Origin: Patescibacteria group bacterium | GTDB taxonomy: Bacteria; Patescibacteriota; Patescibacteriia; UBA10025; JAHIVO01 | Length of the DNA stretch: 64,000 nt | Direction of reading: 5' to 3' | Assembly: GCA_043808365.1 (NCBI GenBank) | Contig: JAZDEZ010000021.1 | Span: 64,403-128,402 of the forward strand | Program-made: the position numbers and the translations under genes | Notes under the pieces: model-generated | The model's input: only the letters and a program-made list of their open reading frames with translations | What the model was told of the DNA's origin: nothing | The model's database searches: none | Part shown: positions 1-7,451 of the stretch, piece after piece | How positions within the stretch are numbered: the first letter of the stretch is position 1 | Layout of the letters: the number at the start of each line of letters is the position of its first letter

Positions 1-471
1 AAACATGCTTATGATGCTGGCTTATATCTGTATGATCATCGTATCTGGATAAAAGATCCAACATGGGCAAACAGCCGATGGACTACCAACACACTAAAGG
101 CAGTTTCCGAATACGAGGACTTGTATATTTTCTGGAGACCCGGACAACAAGTTATCGATCGAAAGAAATTAACTCCCGATGAGTGGCGAGTTTGGGGTAG
201 TCGTGCATTATGGAATATGAGAAGTGTAAGAGCGAACGATATTCACGAGGCAATGTTCCCGCTTGAGTTAGCATCTCGTGTTGTTCGCCTATATTCTGAC
301 ACCGACGATATTGTACTTGACCCCTTTATTGGGAGCGGCACTACCGCGATCGCGGCAATAATGCATGGTCGCAAATATATTGGTATTGATAAAGAGGAAA
401 AGTACGTTAAATTAGCCCAGCAAAAAATAGCTACTTATTCTTCTCAAGCTACTTTACCTCTAAAATCCTGA
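1..471 (+). CDS. DNA methyltransferase, N4-cytosine/N6-adenine amino-MTase family, 5' end cut by window edge
   Basis: Frame 1 is open from base 1 to TGA 469-471; the track ORF 121..471 is only its TTG-initiated tail. AdoMet motif I 'VLDPFIGSGTTAIAA' lies near the C-terminus, followed by 'GRKYIGIDKEEKY', as in beta-class N6_N4 MTases. The gene converges on a putative endonuclease operon. Confidence 0.85.
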   Translation, partial: KHAYDAGLYLYDHRIWIKDPTWANSRWTTNTLKAVSEYEDLYIFWRPGQQVIDRKKLTPDEWRVWGSRALWNMRSVRANDIHEAMFPLELASRVVRLYSDTDDIVLDPFIGSGTTAIAAIMHGRKYIGIDKEEKYVKLAQQKIATYSSQATLPLKS

Positions 472-1348
472 CTCGCCACTCCGCAATGGATTTTAGGATT
501 GAAAAACTAATACGTGCTCGGACTTTGAGCGGATTTTTTTCCTTATCATCCTTCCCTGGATAAAATAATCCAGGATATTTCTTGAGATAGTTTGGTTTTT
601 TCAATAACAGTAACCCATTCGGAATAGATATCAACTCAATTCGTACCAACGGTTGACCAACTTTACCATTTCCATCGAGCGCGAGCATTTTGTAAATCGG
701 CTTAATCGCTAGCAGAACAGTAGGAGCGATAGCGCCGTCAGAAAGCACATAAAGAGGTGAAAGTGTTGGATAAAAATTGTGTTTACTTCTTGCTCCCGTC
801 GCTTTTAGTACTCTATTTTTAATTCCCGCTTCTTCTTTTCTCCATATACCATCGCCAGAAACTTGGTTGTGGCTCATAACCGTGTGGCTGAAATCGTCGC
901 GAGGTCCTACTGATTTTATATCTATCATTAACCATGCATGGGAAGTTAATCCTTTTGTGATTTTTTTTATTTCCGGATCTGCAATAATAAATCTCTGATC
1001 TGGTCCCGTCGGGAGTCCGGTGTCTCTAACCTCTTGGAATAAATTTACGATTTCTCGAGCAACCTTTACTCCAATGGTATGTTCGCCAACCTCTATCCAC
1101 GGAAACTGATCACCTCGTGGCTGTCGTCCCCGTTCGTCTGGTGGATAATTTTTCCAAAATGGGTATAAAAAACTTGCCTCATTGTAATCTCTTATGATTA
1201 TAGCTTCGTGGGTGTGCAGAATTTCAAATACCTTATCCGAGCAATACTTTTCAAGCCTAATGAGAATATCAGGATTTTCGAGAAGATAATCCCGCGTTTC
1301 GTTATATTTCTTAAACTGATTTTTTAAGTGAGTTTTAATCATAATCAA
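449..1348 (-). CDS. putative type II restriction endonuclease (family not recognised)
   Basis: 299-aa ORF convergent with the MTase and overlapping it by 23 nt. Its start overlaps the stop of the upstream HTH controller ORF (TTG at 1348, ATG alternative at 1342). Possible PD-(D/E)XK core 'GPDQRFIIADPE...WLMIDIKS'. The call rests mainly on context. Confidence 0.55.
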   Translation of the reverse strand: MIMIKTHLKNQFKKYNETRDYLLENPDILIRLEKYCSDKVFEILHTHEAIIIRDYNEASFLYPFWKNYPPDERGRQPRGDQFPWIEVGEHTIGVKVAREIVNLFQEVRDTGLPTGPDQRFIIADPEIKKITKGLTSHAWLMIDIKSVGPRDDFSHTVMSHNQVSGDGIWRKEEAGIKNRVLKATGARSKHNFYPTLSPLYVLSDGAIAPTVLLAIKPIYKMLALDGNGKVGQPLVRIELISIPNGLLLLKKPNYLKKYPGLFYPGKDDKEKNPLKVRARISFSILKSIAEWRVRILEVK

Positions 1349-1560
1349 AGCTTAGTGGTCAAGTCACGTACCTTGACACTAAGCGCTTTCGCTATTTTTT
1401 CTATGTTTTCGAGGGTAATATTTTTTTCTGCGCGTTCAATCATGCCAACATAGGTACGGTGCACCTTTGCTTTTTTTGCAAATTCCTCCTGAGACCAGCC
1501 TCTTTTTAGGCGTTCCTCGCGTACTTTTTGGCCGAAAGCTATTAAAACGTTGCTTTTCAT
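1345..1560 (-). CDS. R-M controller (C) protein, XRE-family HTH
   Basis: Start taken at the internal ATG (1558-1560), giving 71 aa 'MKSNVLIAFGQKVREERLKRGWSQEEFAKKAKVHRTYVGMIERAEKNITLENIEKIAKAL'. This is a typical HTH_3/C-protein sequence. It lies directly upstream of the endonuclease ORF and overlaps it. Confidence 0.8.
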   Translation of the reverse strand: MKSNVLIAFGQKVREERLKRGWSQEEFAKKAKVHRTYVGMIERAEKNITLENIEKIAKALSVKVRDLTTKL

Positions 1561-1580
1561 ACATATAAAGTATAAACACT

Positions 1581-1613
1581 TGCTAACTTTAGTGCTACAT
1601 ACTATAGTTAGCA
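1581..1613. promoter_or_regulatory. candidate C-box operator (33-nt palindrome) upstream of the controller gene
   Basis: TGCTAACTtTAGT-N7-ACTAtAGTTAGCA read directly from the sequence, 21 nt upstream of the C-gene ATG. Confidence 0.5.
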
Positions 1614-1639
1614 TTATTGGGAGCACGCCTTGCCCGCGC

Positions 1640-1830
1640 ACGGGTGGGTGGGGCAAGGGCAATCCCTCCCGCGGCGCATCCCGCTAATGCGGGATTACGA
1701 AAAATCTCTGGCTTTTTTGAACCTTCGGCTTCGCTCAGGTTTTTCAAGAAACCCCCCAAATGAATTTTCGGAAAGAGGGCGGGGCGGAATTCCCCCCAAC
1801 CCCCCCATCCGCCCCCCAGGCAAATAAAGA
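1640..1830. repeat. GC-rich hairpin-rich spacer (e.g. ATCCCGC-TAAT-GCGGGAT at 1678-1695)
   Basis: Short perfect palindromes and C/G runs in otherwise AT-rich DNA. The track ORF 1630..1827 is just their translation. Confidence 0.4.
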
Positions 1831-1869
1831 ATTCTCCTTAAAATAGGTTCGTACTTCGTTGTAAAGCCA

Positions 1870-2010
1870 TACCATCACCAAACTTTGCGAAATTTTCCCG
1901 ATTTTCTCTCTGGTACTCGGTACGGCAAACCAGTGTTTTTGTGGGCGAAAATTTAAAACAGGGCGGACTTTCCCGAAAGCCAGGACGAGGTTCGCCTCCC
2001 GCGCGATTTT
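1870..2010. repeat. left arm of inverted repeat: relic of a recombinase 3' end plus tRNA-junction sequence
   Basis: 1870-1994 matches the reverse complement of 3450-3574 with about 10 mismatches in 125 nt. A further 15 nt (1996-2010) match 3391-3405 after a ~45-nt deletion. The arm begins with TACCA, as does the tRNA-Glu 3' end. Confidence 0.8.
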
Positions 2011-2056
2011 GAAATTCTGTCTCGTTTTCCTTTCTTAATAATTAATTCCCAAATGT

Positions 2057-3610
2057 ATGACCAATCAAAAATATTTTCTCTACGCCCGCAAGTCCACTGA
2101 TGTAGAGGACAAACAAGTATTGAGTATTGAAGCGCAGATCGTGGAATTGCGCGCCTTTGCTAAAAAAGAAGGTCTAACAATCATTGAGGAATTAATTGAA
2201 AAGAAGTCGGCCAAAGTGCCCGGGCGCAAAATATTTAATGCCATGCTAGATAGAATAGTAAAAGGCGAAGCGCATGGCATTGTCAGCTGGCACCCAGACC
2301 GTCTGGCGCGCAATTCAGTGGATGGCGGGCGAATTATTTATTTGCTGGATACCGGCCAGCTTGCGGCTTTGAAATTTCCACAGTTCTGGTTTGAAAGCAC
2401 TCCGCAAGGCAAGTTCATGCTCAATATCGCCTTTGGGCAGAGTAAGTATTACATTGATTCATTAAGTGAAAACGTGAAACGAGGCTTGCGCCAAAAAGCT
2501 AGACGCGGAGAGTATTCAGGCATCGCTCCGATTGGCTACATTAACGACTTACGCACCAAAACTGTCGTAGTAGATAAAAAACAAGCCGAGATTGTCCAAC
2601 AGGCATTTGAACTGTACGCCCAGGGCAATTCTCGCCTAGAGGACATTTCCAGCTTTTTGGCGCGGCACAATATTACCTCGCGCAATGGTAAGTCACTAAA
2701 ACGAGACAGAATTTCTTTTATCCTTTCCAATCCTTTTTACGTTGGATTGTTTAGTTATGCTAAAGAACTCTATGAGGGCAAGCACCAGCCAGTCATCTCA
2801 AAGAAAATTTTTGACCAAGTGCAGGCAATACTGAAACAGAAAGGCAGACCGCACCACAAAACCAAGAATGAACCCCAACCCTATTGCGGTCTGCTGCGGT
2901 GTGCCACCTGCGGAATGGGCATAACTGGCGAAAACAAAGTGAAGCACCAAAAGAATGGCAACGAGCACCACTATATCTACTACCGGTGTACAAAAAAGAA
3001 CAAAGTAATTAAATGCAATGAGCCACATATCCGGCAGGAAGCAATGGATGAGCAAATCACACCGCTTATACAAAAATTTTCTTTGCGATCAGATTGGGCG
3101 GACAGCTTGTTACATCAACTAGAGCAAGACACTACAAAGTCCGCCCACTCCTCTGTTGCTTTTGTTCAAGAGACGAAAAACATCATTACCGCAATCGAAA
3201 CCAAGCTCCAGCGGCTACTGGATAGCTACCTGGAGCAGGATATTGACCGTGAAGCCTACCTAACGGCTAAGGCAGGACTCTTGAGCGAGAAAAAGACCCT
3301 GACGGAGAAAATAGTCCGTCTTGAACAAAAGCGGACTGGCTGGGTCGAACCGATGCGGAAATGGATACATACGGCAGCTCTGCTGCCGAAAATCGCGCGG
3401 GAGAGCGACCTTAATTCAAAAAAGGTCGCGGCCAAAGAAATCTTTGGCTCGAACCTCGTCCTGTCTTTCGGGAAAGTCCATCCTGTTCTAAATTTTCGCC
3501 CACAAAAACACTGGTTTGCCATATCCAGTGCCAGAGAGAAAATCGGGGAAATTTCACAAAGTTTGGTGATGGTAGCCCCACGGGGAATCGAACCCCGATT
3601 GTTGGCTTGA
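2057..3610 (+). CDS. large serine recombinase (resolvase/invertase N-domain + recombinase domain + zinc ribbon + coiled coil)
   Basis: 'YARKSTDVEDKQVLSIEAQ' catalytic Ser region, 'HPDRLARN', Cys cluster 'CATCG...YYRCTKKNKVIKC', and a C-terminal coiled coil. The ORF only stops inside the antisense of tRNA-Glu, so the last ~13 codons may not be native. Confidence 0.9.
   Translation: MTNQKYFLYARKSTDVEDKQVLSIEAQIVELRAFAKKEGLTIIEELIEKKSAKVPGRKIFNAMLDRIVKGEAHGIVSWHPDRLARNSVDGGRIIYLLDTGQLAALKFPQFWFESTPQGKFMLNIAFGQSKYYIDSLSENVKRGLRQKARRGEYSGIAPIGYINDLRTKTVVVDKKQAEIVQQAFELYAQGNSRLEDISSFLARHNITSRNGKSLKRDRISFILSNPFYVGLFSYAKELYEGKHQPVISKKIFDQVQAILKQKGRPHHKTKNEPQPYCGLLRCATCGMGITGENKVKHQKNGNEHHYIYYRCTKKNKVIKCNEPHIRQEAMDEQITPLIQKFSLRSDWADSLLHQLEQDTTKSAHSSVAFVQETKNIITAIETKLQRLLDSYLEQDIDREAYLTAKAGLLSEKKTLTEKIVRLEQKRTGWVEPMRKWIHTAALLPKIARESDLNSKKVAAKEIFGSNLVLSFGKVHPVLNFRPQKHWFAISSAREKIGEISQSLVMVAPRGIEPRLLA
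3391..3574. repeat. right arm of inverted repeat (3' end of recombinase gene up to the tRNA-Glu CCA end)
   Basis: Reverse complement matches 1870-2010 (see left arm). Confidence 0.8.
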
Positions 3611-3644
3611 AAAGCCAATGTCCTAACCATTAGACGATAGGGCC
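3570..3644 (-). tRNA. tRNA-Glu (anticodon UUC), CCA encoded
   Basis: Hand-folded cloverleaf: GGCCCTA/TC/GTCT-AATGGTTA-GGAC/A/TTGGC-TTTTCAA-GCCAA/CAAT/CGGGG-TTCGATT-CCCCG/TGGGGCT/A/CCA. Length is 75 nt. Confidence 0.9.
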
Positions 3645-3880
3645 GTGAAATTCTTCAGATAACGCTCAATGTGGCCAGATTTTTTAATCTTGAACTCTTT
3701 AACTCTTGCCAGTGAAAGTGTAGGGAACTTCTCTGTATGAATAAGTTTATAAGGTATGAAAGACTTTGTCGAACGAACTTTGCCTTGGTTATGTTTTATA
3801 ATGCGTTCATTGACATCCTCAGAAACTCCAACGTAGTACCTTCTTGCCTTAAAGCTTTTAATGATATAAAGATAAAACAT
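3600..3880 (-). mobile_element. putative GIY-YIG cassette carrying a replacement 5' segment of tRNA-Glu (boundaries approximate)
   Basis: The segment between the intact tRNA T-arm and the decayed duplicate of tRNA positions 1-~45 consists of the GIY-YIG ORF plus the functional tRNA 5' part. Confidence 0.35.
3623..3880 (-). CDS. GIY-YIG nuclease family protein (small, URI-domain type)
   Basis: 85 aa. 'FYLYIIKS...RYYVGVSEDVNERIIKHNQG' matches the GIY...YIG...R...H/N core of the family. The last 22 nt overlap the 5' end of tRNA-Glu. Confidence 0.8.
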   Translation of the reverse strand: MFYLYIIKSFKARRYYVGVSEDVNERIIKHNQGKVRSTKSFIPYKLIHTEKFPTLSLARVKEFKIKKSGHIERYLKNFTALSSNG

Positions 3881-4035
3881 ATATGTTGAAGGCTTGCCCC
3901 GCCGTACGGCGGGGTCCCGCCGAATGGCGGGAAAAAGCCAATGTCCCGCCCGCTTCGCCTGAAGCGAATCTTTGGCGGACGGGCCTAACCATTTCCGCCG
4001 AAGGCGGATCCGCCTTTGGCGGAAGGCATAGGGCC
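3881..4035 (-). pseudogene. decayed duplicate of tRNA-Glu positions 1 to ~45 interrupted by GC hairpins
   Basis: Minus-strand read: GGCCCTATG[hairpins 3994-4023]AATGGTTAGG[hairpin ~3947-3983]ACATTGGCTTTT[hairpins 3897-3932]CAAGCC. The D-stem 'CGTCT' is lost and no T-arm or 3' acceptor is present. It shares the upstream 'GTGA' flank with the intact gene. Confidence 0.7.
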
Positions 4036-4100
4036 GTGATTTGAAAATAGTACGGGTTTTTTACGGGATGGTCAAGAGGCAGCCGACCCTAGCATTATAA

Positions 4101-4129
4101 TTGTCAAAGCGGTTTTTGTATACTATACT
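4101..4129 (+). promoter_or_regulatory. sigma70-like promoter candidate for the Hsp20 gene
   Basis: TTGTCA (4101-4106), 17-nt spacer, TATACT (4124-4129), 30 nt upstream of the ATG. Confidence 0.35.
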
Positions 4130-4158
4130 AAAGGCATTAAAATAGTAATTTTTTAGCC

Positions 4159-4647
4159 ATGCCGATCCCACTCGAAGCCAAAAAAACCGCCACCCAGACT
4201 GGCAGTGTTGAATATAACTTTTTTAAGGGCGCGTCTGATAAAGTGGCGAAAACGCCGTTGTCCGAGCTGAAGAAATCCGCGGGCCAGGCTGATTGGCTGG
4301 ACGGGGACGATTATTCCGGACAGCTCGCCGTGGACGTATACCAAACCAACGAAGATATCGTCATCAAGTCCACCATTGCCGGGGTGCGCCCGGAAGACAT
4401 CGACATCGGCATCAATAATGACATGGTCACCATCCGCGGGAAACGCGACAAAGACCATGAGGTGACGGACGAAAACTATTATTACCGCGAATGCTATTGG
4501 GGCGGATTTTCCCGTTCCATCATCCTGCCGTGCGAGGTCAAAGTGGACCGGATCAAGGCGGCGATGAAAAATGGCGTGCTCACGATCATTTTGCCAAAAG
4601 CCACAAAAGTCAGCAAAGTAACCGTTGTCAAAGTAAAGGAGGAATAA
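4159..4647 (+). CDS. small heat-shock protein, Hsp20/alpha-crystallin family
   Basis: 'LAVDVYQTNEDIVIKSTIAGVRPEDIDIGINNDMVTIRGKR...GGFSRSIILPCEVKVDRIKAAMKNGVLTIILPK' is a canonical alpha-crystallin domain. Confidence 0.9.
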   Translation: MPIPLEAKKTATQTGSVEYNFFKGASDKVAKTPLSELKKSAGQADWLDGDDYSGQLAVDVYQTNEDIVIKSTIAGVRPEDIDIGINNDMVTIRGKRDKDHEVTDENYYYRECYWGGFSRSIILPCEVKVDRIKAAMKNGVLTIILPKATKVSKVTVVKVKEE

Positions 4648-4651
4648 ACAT

Positions 4652-4882
4652 ATGGCGTCTCCAGACATAGATTACTCGGTCGCTACTACGGTCAAGCGGT
4701 TTGAGGGGAAGTTCGCCGTGCTGGAAACCTCGGACCGCCAGTCAGTCCGCTGGCCGATAAAGAATCTGCCGGATGACGTCCAAGAGGGCGCGTCCGTACG
4801 GCTCCTGCTCTCATCGGCTAAAACCGACCAGGAGACTCGGGAGAAGCTGGCCCGGACGGTTATTAATTCTTTGCTCGCGTAA
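4652..4882 (+). CDS. small DUF3006-like protein
   Basis: 76 aa. 'VKRFEGKFAVLETSD...WPIKNLPDDVQEGASV' follows the DUF3006 pattern as I remember it. It starts 5 nt after the Hsp20 stop. Confidence 0.5.
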   Translation: MASPDIDYSVATTVKRFEGKFAVLETSDRQSVRWPIKNLPDDVQEGASVRLLLSSAKTDQETREKLARTVINSLLA

Positions 4883-4887
4883 ATTAT

Positions 4888-5292
4888 ATGGCTGTGAAGA
4901 TAATAAAAAAGCCGGCGGTAAAAGTTAAAAGACCGGTGCCGATGAAAAGTTTGCCGCCTGTTGAGCCGCATTTCTTGTTGCCCGCGCCAAAACCGCATAC
5001 GGCAATATTGCTCGCCGTCGCCCTTTTGCCGGTTTTAGTTGTTCTGCTCTATGCCCTCTACCCCTGGTTCTCGCTGTCAAGCGTTGCTTCCCGTAATTTA
5101 GTATTAGAAGCGACATTTTTGTTCCTTGTCGGGCTGGTGATATTGGCAATATATATTGCCAAGCTTTTTTATGACTTGTTAATGAAGAAATTGGATGCCG
5201 CCGAGAAAGACAAGCATGTCATCAGCCTGATGATGCTTTTCTCCCTCTCTATTATAATTTTTTCCGCAGTCCTCTATTTAATCCAGCCCTAG
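4888..5292 (+). CDS. hypothetical membrane protein
   Basis: 134 aa with a basic N-terminus and three hydrophobic helices. Tightly packed with its neighbours. Confidence 0.55.
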   Translation: MAVKIIKKPAVKVKRPVPMKSLPPVEPHFLLPAPKPHTAILLAVALLPVLVVLLYALYPWFSLSSVASRNLVLEATFLFLVGLVILAIYIAKLFYDLLMKKLDAAEKDKHVISLMMLFSLSIIIFSAVLYLIQP

Positions 5293-5333
5293 CGGACGCT
5301 TAAGCCAGGCCGTGTGAGTTATGGGATTGCCCC

Positions 5334-7331
5334 ATGTCCAAAAAAATCACCTTGCATGACAAGAAACCGGTCTCAGCCGCTATTGCCAACCGGCACATTT
5401 TTTTAGTGCTCGCCTGGTCCGCGGGCGGCGTTATAGTCCTGGCCGGTCTTATATTTGGGTTTGATGCGTATGTCGGTGACCGTATTCCGCCCGGGACTCG
5501 TGTTGGGCGCCAATATATCGGCGGACTGAGCGCGCCACAGGCTAAGGACCAATTAAGCAAGGCGGCATCAGCGGAGATAGATCGGGGGCTGTCCGTGCGT
5601 TTCCAGTCAGCGGATTATCCCATCCCATCCACCATTGACGATGAATCAAACCCGGATTTAGCCACTACGCCGCTATATGCTTATGATATCGAAACAACGG
5701 TCGCGTCAATCACGGCGGCCGGCCGGCAGTTCAATCCGTTTGAAAAAGTTTATTATGCGATTTTTGGCTGGAATATCAAGCCCTCAATCAGCGTAAATCG
5801 CGGGTCGTTAGGGATTTTATTGCAGGATAAATTAGGCAGTCTTGAATCGCCGGCAAAAAACGCTCAATTAACCGTCGGCGCCGATGGGGCGCTCAGTATC
5901 CAGCCGGCCACGGCCGGCCAGGCATTTCATTATGAATCAATCATTGACCAATTGATTGAGCGGTTGAATGCTTTTTCCAGCGATGCGGTGGCTATTGGCC
6001 TCGAACAGGACATCCCGGGTATCACTGAGCTGGAAGGAGGGAAGCTTTTGCCGCTGGCGCGGCAGGTTATTGATACTGCCCCGTTTACGCTTATCTATGG
6101 CCAGAAAAACTGGCCGCTCAAGCGAGACCAGGCTATCAGCTGGGTGGAATTTCAGATTATTAATAAACAAGCCACCATTGGGCTGAATATACAAAAACTT
6201 ACCGCCTATCTTGAGACTATTGCTCAGGAAGTGAATGTCCAGGTCAGCGAAGGCAGGTTTGCCATGAACGGCGGCAAGGTGACGTCATTTTCCCCTTCCC
6301 AGGCTGGCGTGGAAGTCCAGGTGCCAGAAACAATAGAGTTGATTAATGAAAAGATCCGCCAGGTTGGCATCAAGGAAATCGATTTACTGGTCAAGGAAAC
6401 ACAGCCGCAGGTAGCCGTGGGCGACGCGAATGATTTAGGCGTGAATGAATTGATCGGCGTCGGCCATTCAAATTTCAAAGGGAGCCCCGCTAACCGCCGG
6501 CACAACATCAAGACCGGCGCTGATAAGCTTGATGGCATTTTAATCAAGCCGGATGAGGAATTTTCCCTGGTCAGGACGCTTGGCGCGATTGACGCGTCGA
6601 CCGGGTATCTAACCGAGCTGGTGATCAAAGGCAATAAAACCACGCCGGAATTCGGCGGCGGCCTGTGCCAGATCGGGACAACCACCTTCCGTGCCGCGCT
6701 TGACGCCGGCCTGCCGATACTGGAGCGGGTCAATCATTCGTACCGCGTGTCGTATTATGAGCCGGCTGGTACGGACGCGACGATTTACGACCCAAAACCT
6801 GATTTCCGCTTTAAGAATGACACCGGGCATTACATATTATTCACCGCGGAAATTAAAGGCGATGACCTGTACTTCCGTTTTTACGGCACGCCAGACGGCC
6901 GCACGGTGGCGCAGACCAAGCCGCGCATTTATAACCAAAAAAGCCCTGCTCCAAAAAAGACGATCGAGACCACCGACCTGGCGCCCGGAAAAATAAAGTG
7001 CACCGAAAAGGCGCATGTCGGCGCGGACGCGGAATTCACCCGCACGATAACGTACGCAGATGGCACAAAGAAAGTGGACGCGTTCAAGAGCCATTACAAG
7101 CCCTGGCAGGAAGTATGCCTGGTCGGCGTGGCAAAGACTGCGCCTGCCCCGAAACCCGCCACGAACAGCAATACGAATGCCAATCCTAAAATTAATACGA
7201 ATACTGCCGTTAATGCCAATAGTAATGCAAACGTCAATACGAATTCGGCAATCAACACAGCGCCGGCGGCTGATCCAAATACTAACGCCGTCACGCCGGA
7301 GGTTCTTCCCTCGCCGGACACTGGAATATAA
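5334..7331 (+). CDS. VanW-domain protein with N-terminal TM anchor and Asn/Thr/Ala-rich tail
   Basis: 'GGGLCQIGTTTFRAALDAGLPILERVNHSYRVSYYEPAGTDATIYDPKPDFRFKNDTGHYILF' is the VanW core. The tail is 'NSNTNANPKINTNTAVNANSNANVNTNS'. Confidence 0.85.
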   Translation: MSKKITLHDKKPVSAAIANRHIFLVLAWSAGGVIVLAGLIFGFDAYVGDRIPPGTRVGRQYIGGLSAPQAKDQLSKAASAEIDRGLSVRFQSADYPIPSTIDDESNPDLATTPLYAYDIETTVASITAAGRQFNPFEKVYYAIFGWNIKPSISVNRGSLGILLQDKLGSLESPAKNAQLTVGADGALSIQPATAGQAFHYESIIDQLIERLNAFSSDAVAIGLEQDIPGITELEGGKLLPLARQVIDTAPFTLIYGQKNWPLKRDQAISWVEFQIINKQATIGLNIQKLTAYLETIAQEVNVQVSEGRFAMNGGKVTSFSPSQAGVEVQVPETIELINEKIRQVGIKEIDLLVKETQPQVAVGDANDLGVNELIGVGHSNFKGSPANRRHNIKTGADKLDGILIKPDEEFSLVRTLGAIDASTGYLTELVIKGNKTTPEFGGGLCQIGTTTFRAALDAGLPILERVNHSYRVSYYEPAGTDATIYDPKPDFRFKNDTGHYILFTAEIKGDDLYFRFYGTPDGRTVAQTKPRIYNQKSPAPKKTIETTDLAPGKIKCTEKAHVGADAEFTRTITYADGTKKVDAFKSHYKPWQEVCLVGVAKTAPAPKPATNSNTNANPKINTNTAVNANSNANVNTNSAINTAPAADPNTNAVTPEVLPSPDTGI

Positions 7332-7350
7332 ATTTTTTACAAAAAGAAAA

Positions 7351-7385
7351 CCCGGTCACATTCCTATATGACGCGGGCCTTTTTA
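7351..7385. terminator. stem-loop plus T-run between convergent genes
   Basis: CCCGGTCA-N9-TGAC(G)CGGG followed by CCTTTTT. Confidence 0.45.
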
Positions 7386-7451
7386 TGTAAGACCATTTTG
7401 AATCTCCACTAACTGTGGATGAATGAGCAAGGAGTAGTTCGATATTGGTGT

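Noticed and set aside
1630-1827. 65-aa ORF rich in Pro/Gly/Arg; likewise 12150..12479.
   Set aside because: Both are simply translations of GC-rich hairpin/palindrome repeat blocks in intergenic DNA.
4153-4668. 171-aa minus-strand ORF covering the Hsp20 gene.
   Set aside because: The + strand frame gives a textbook alpha-crystallin domain. The antisense translation has no recognisable features.
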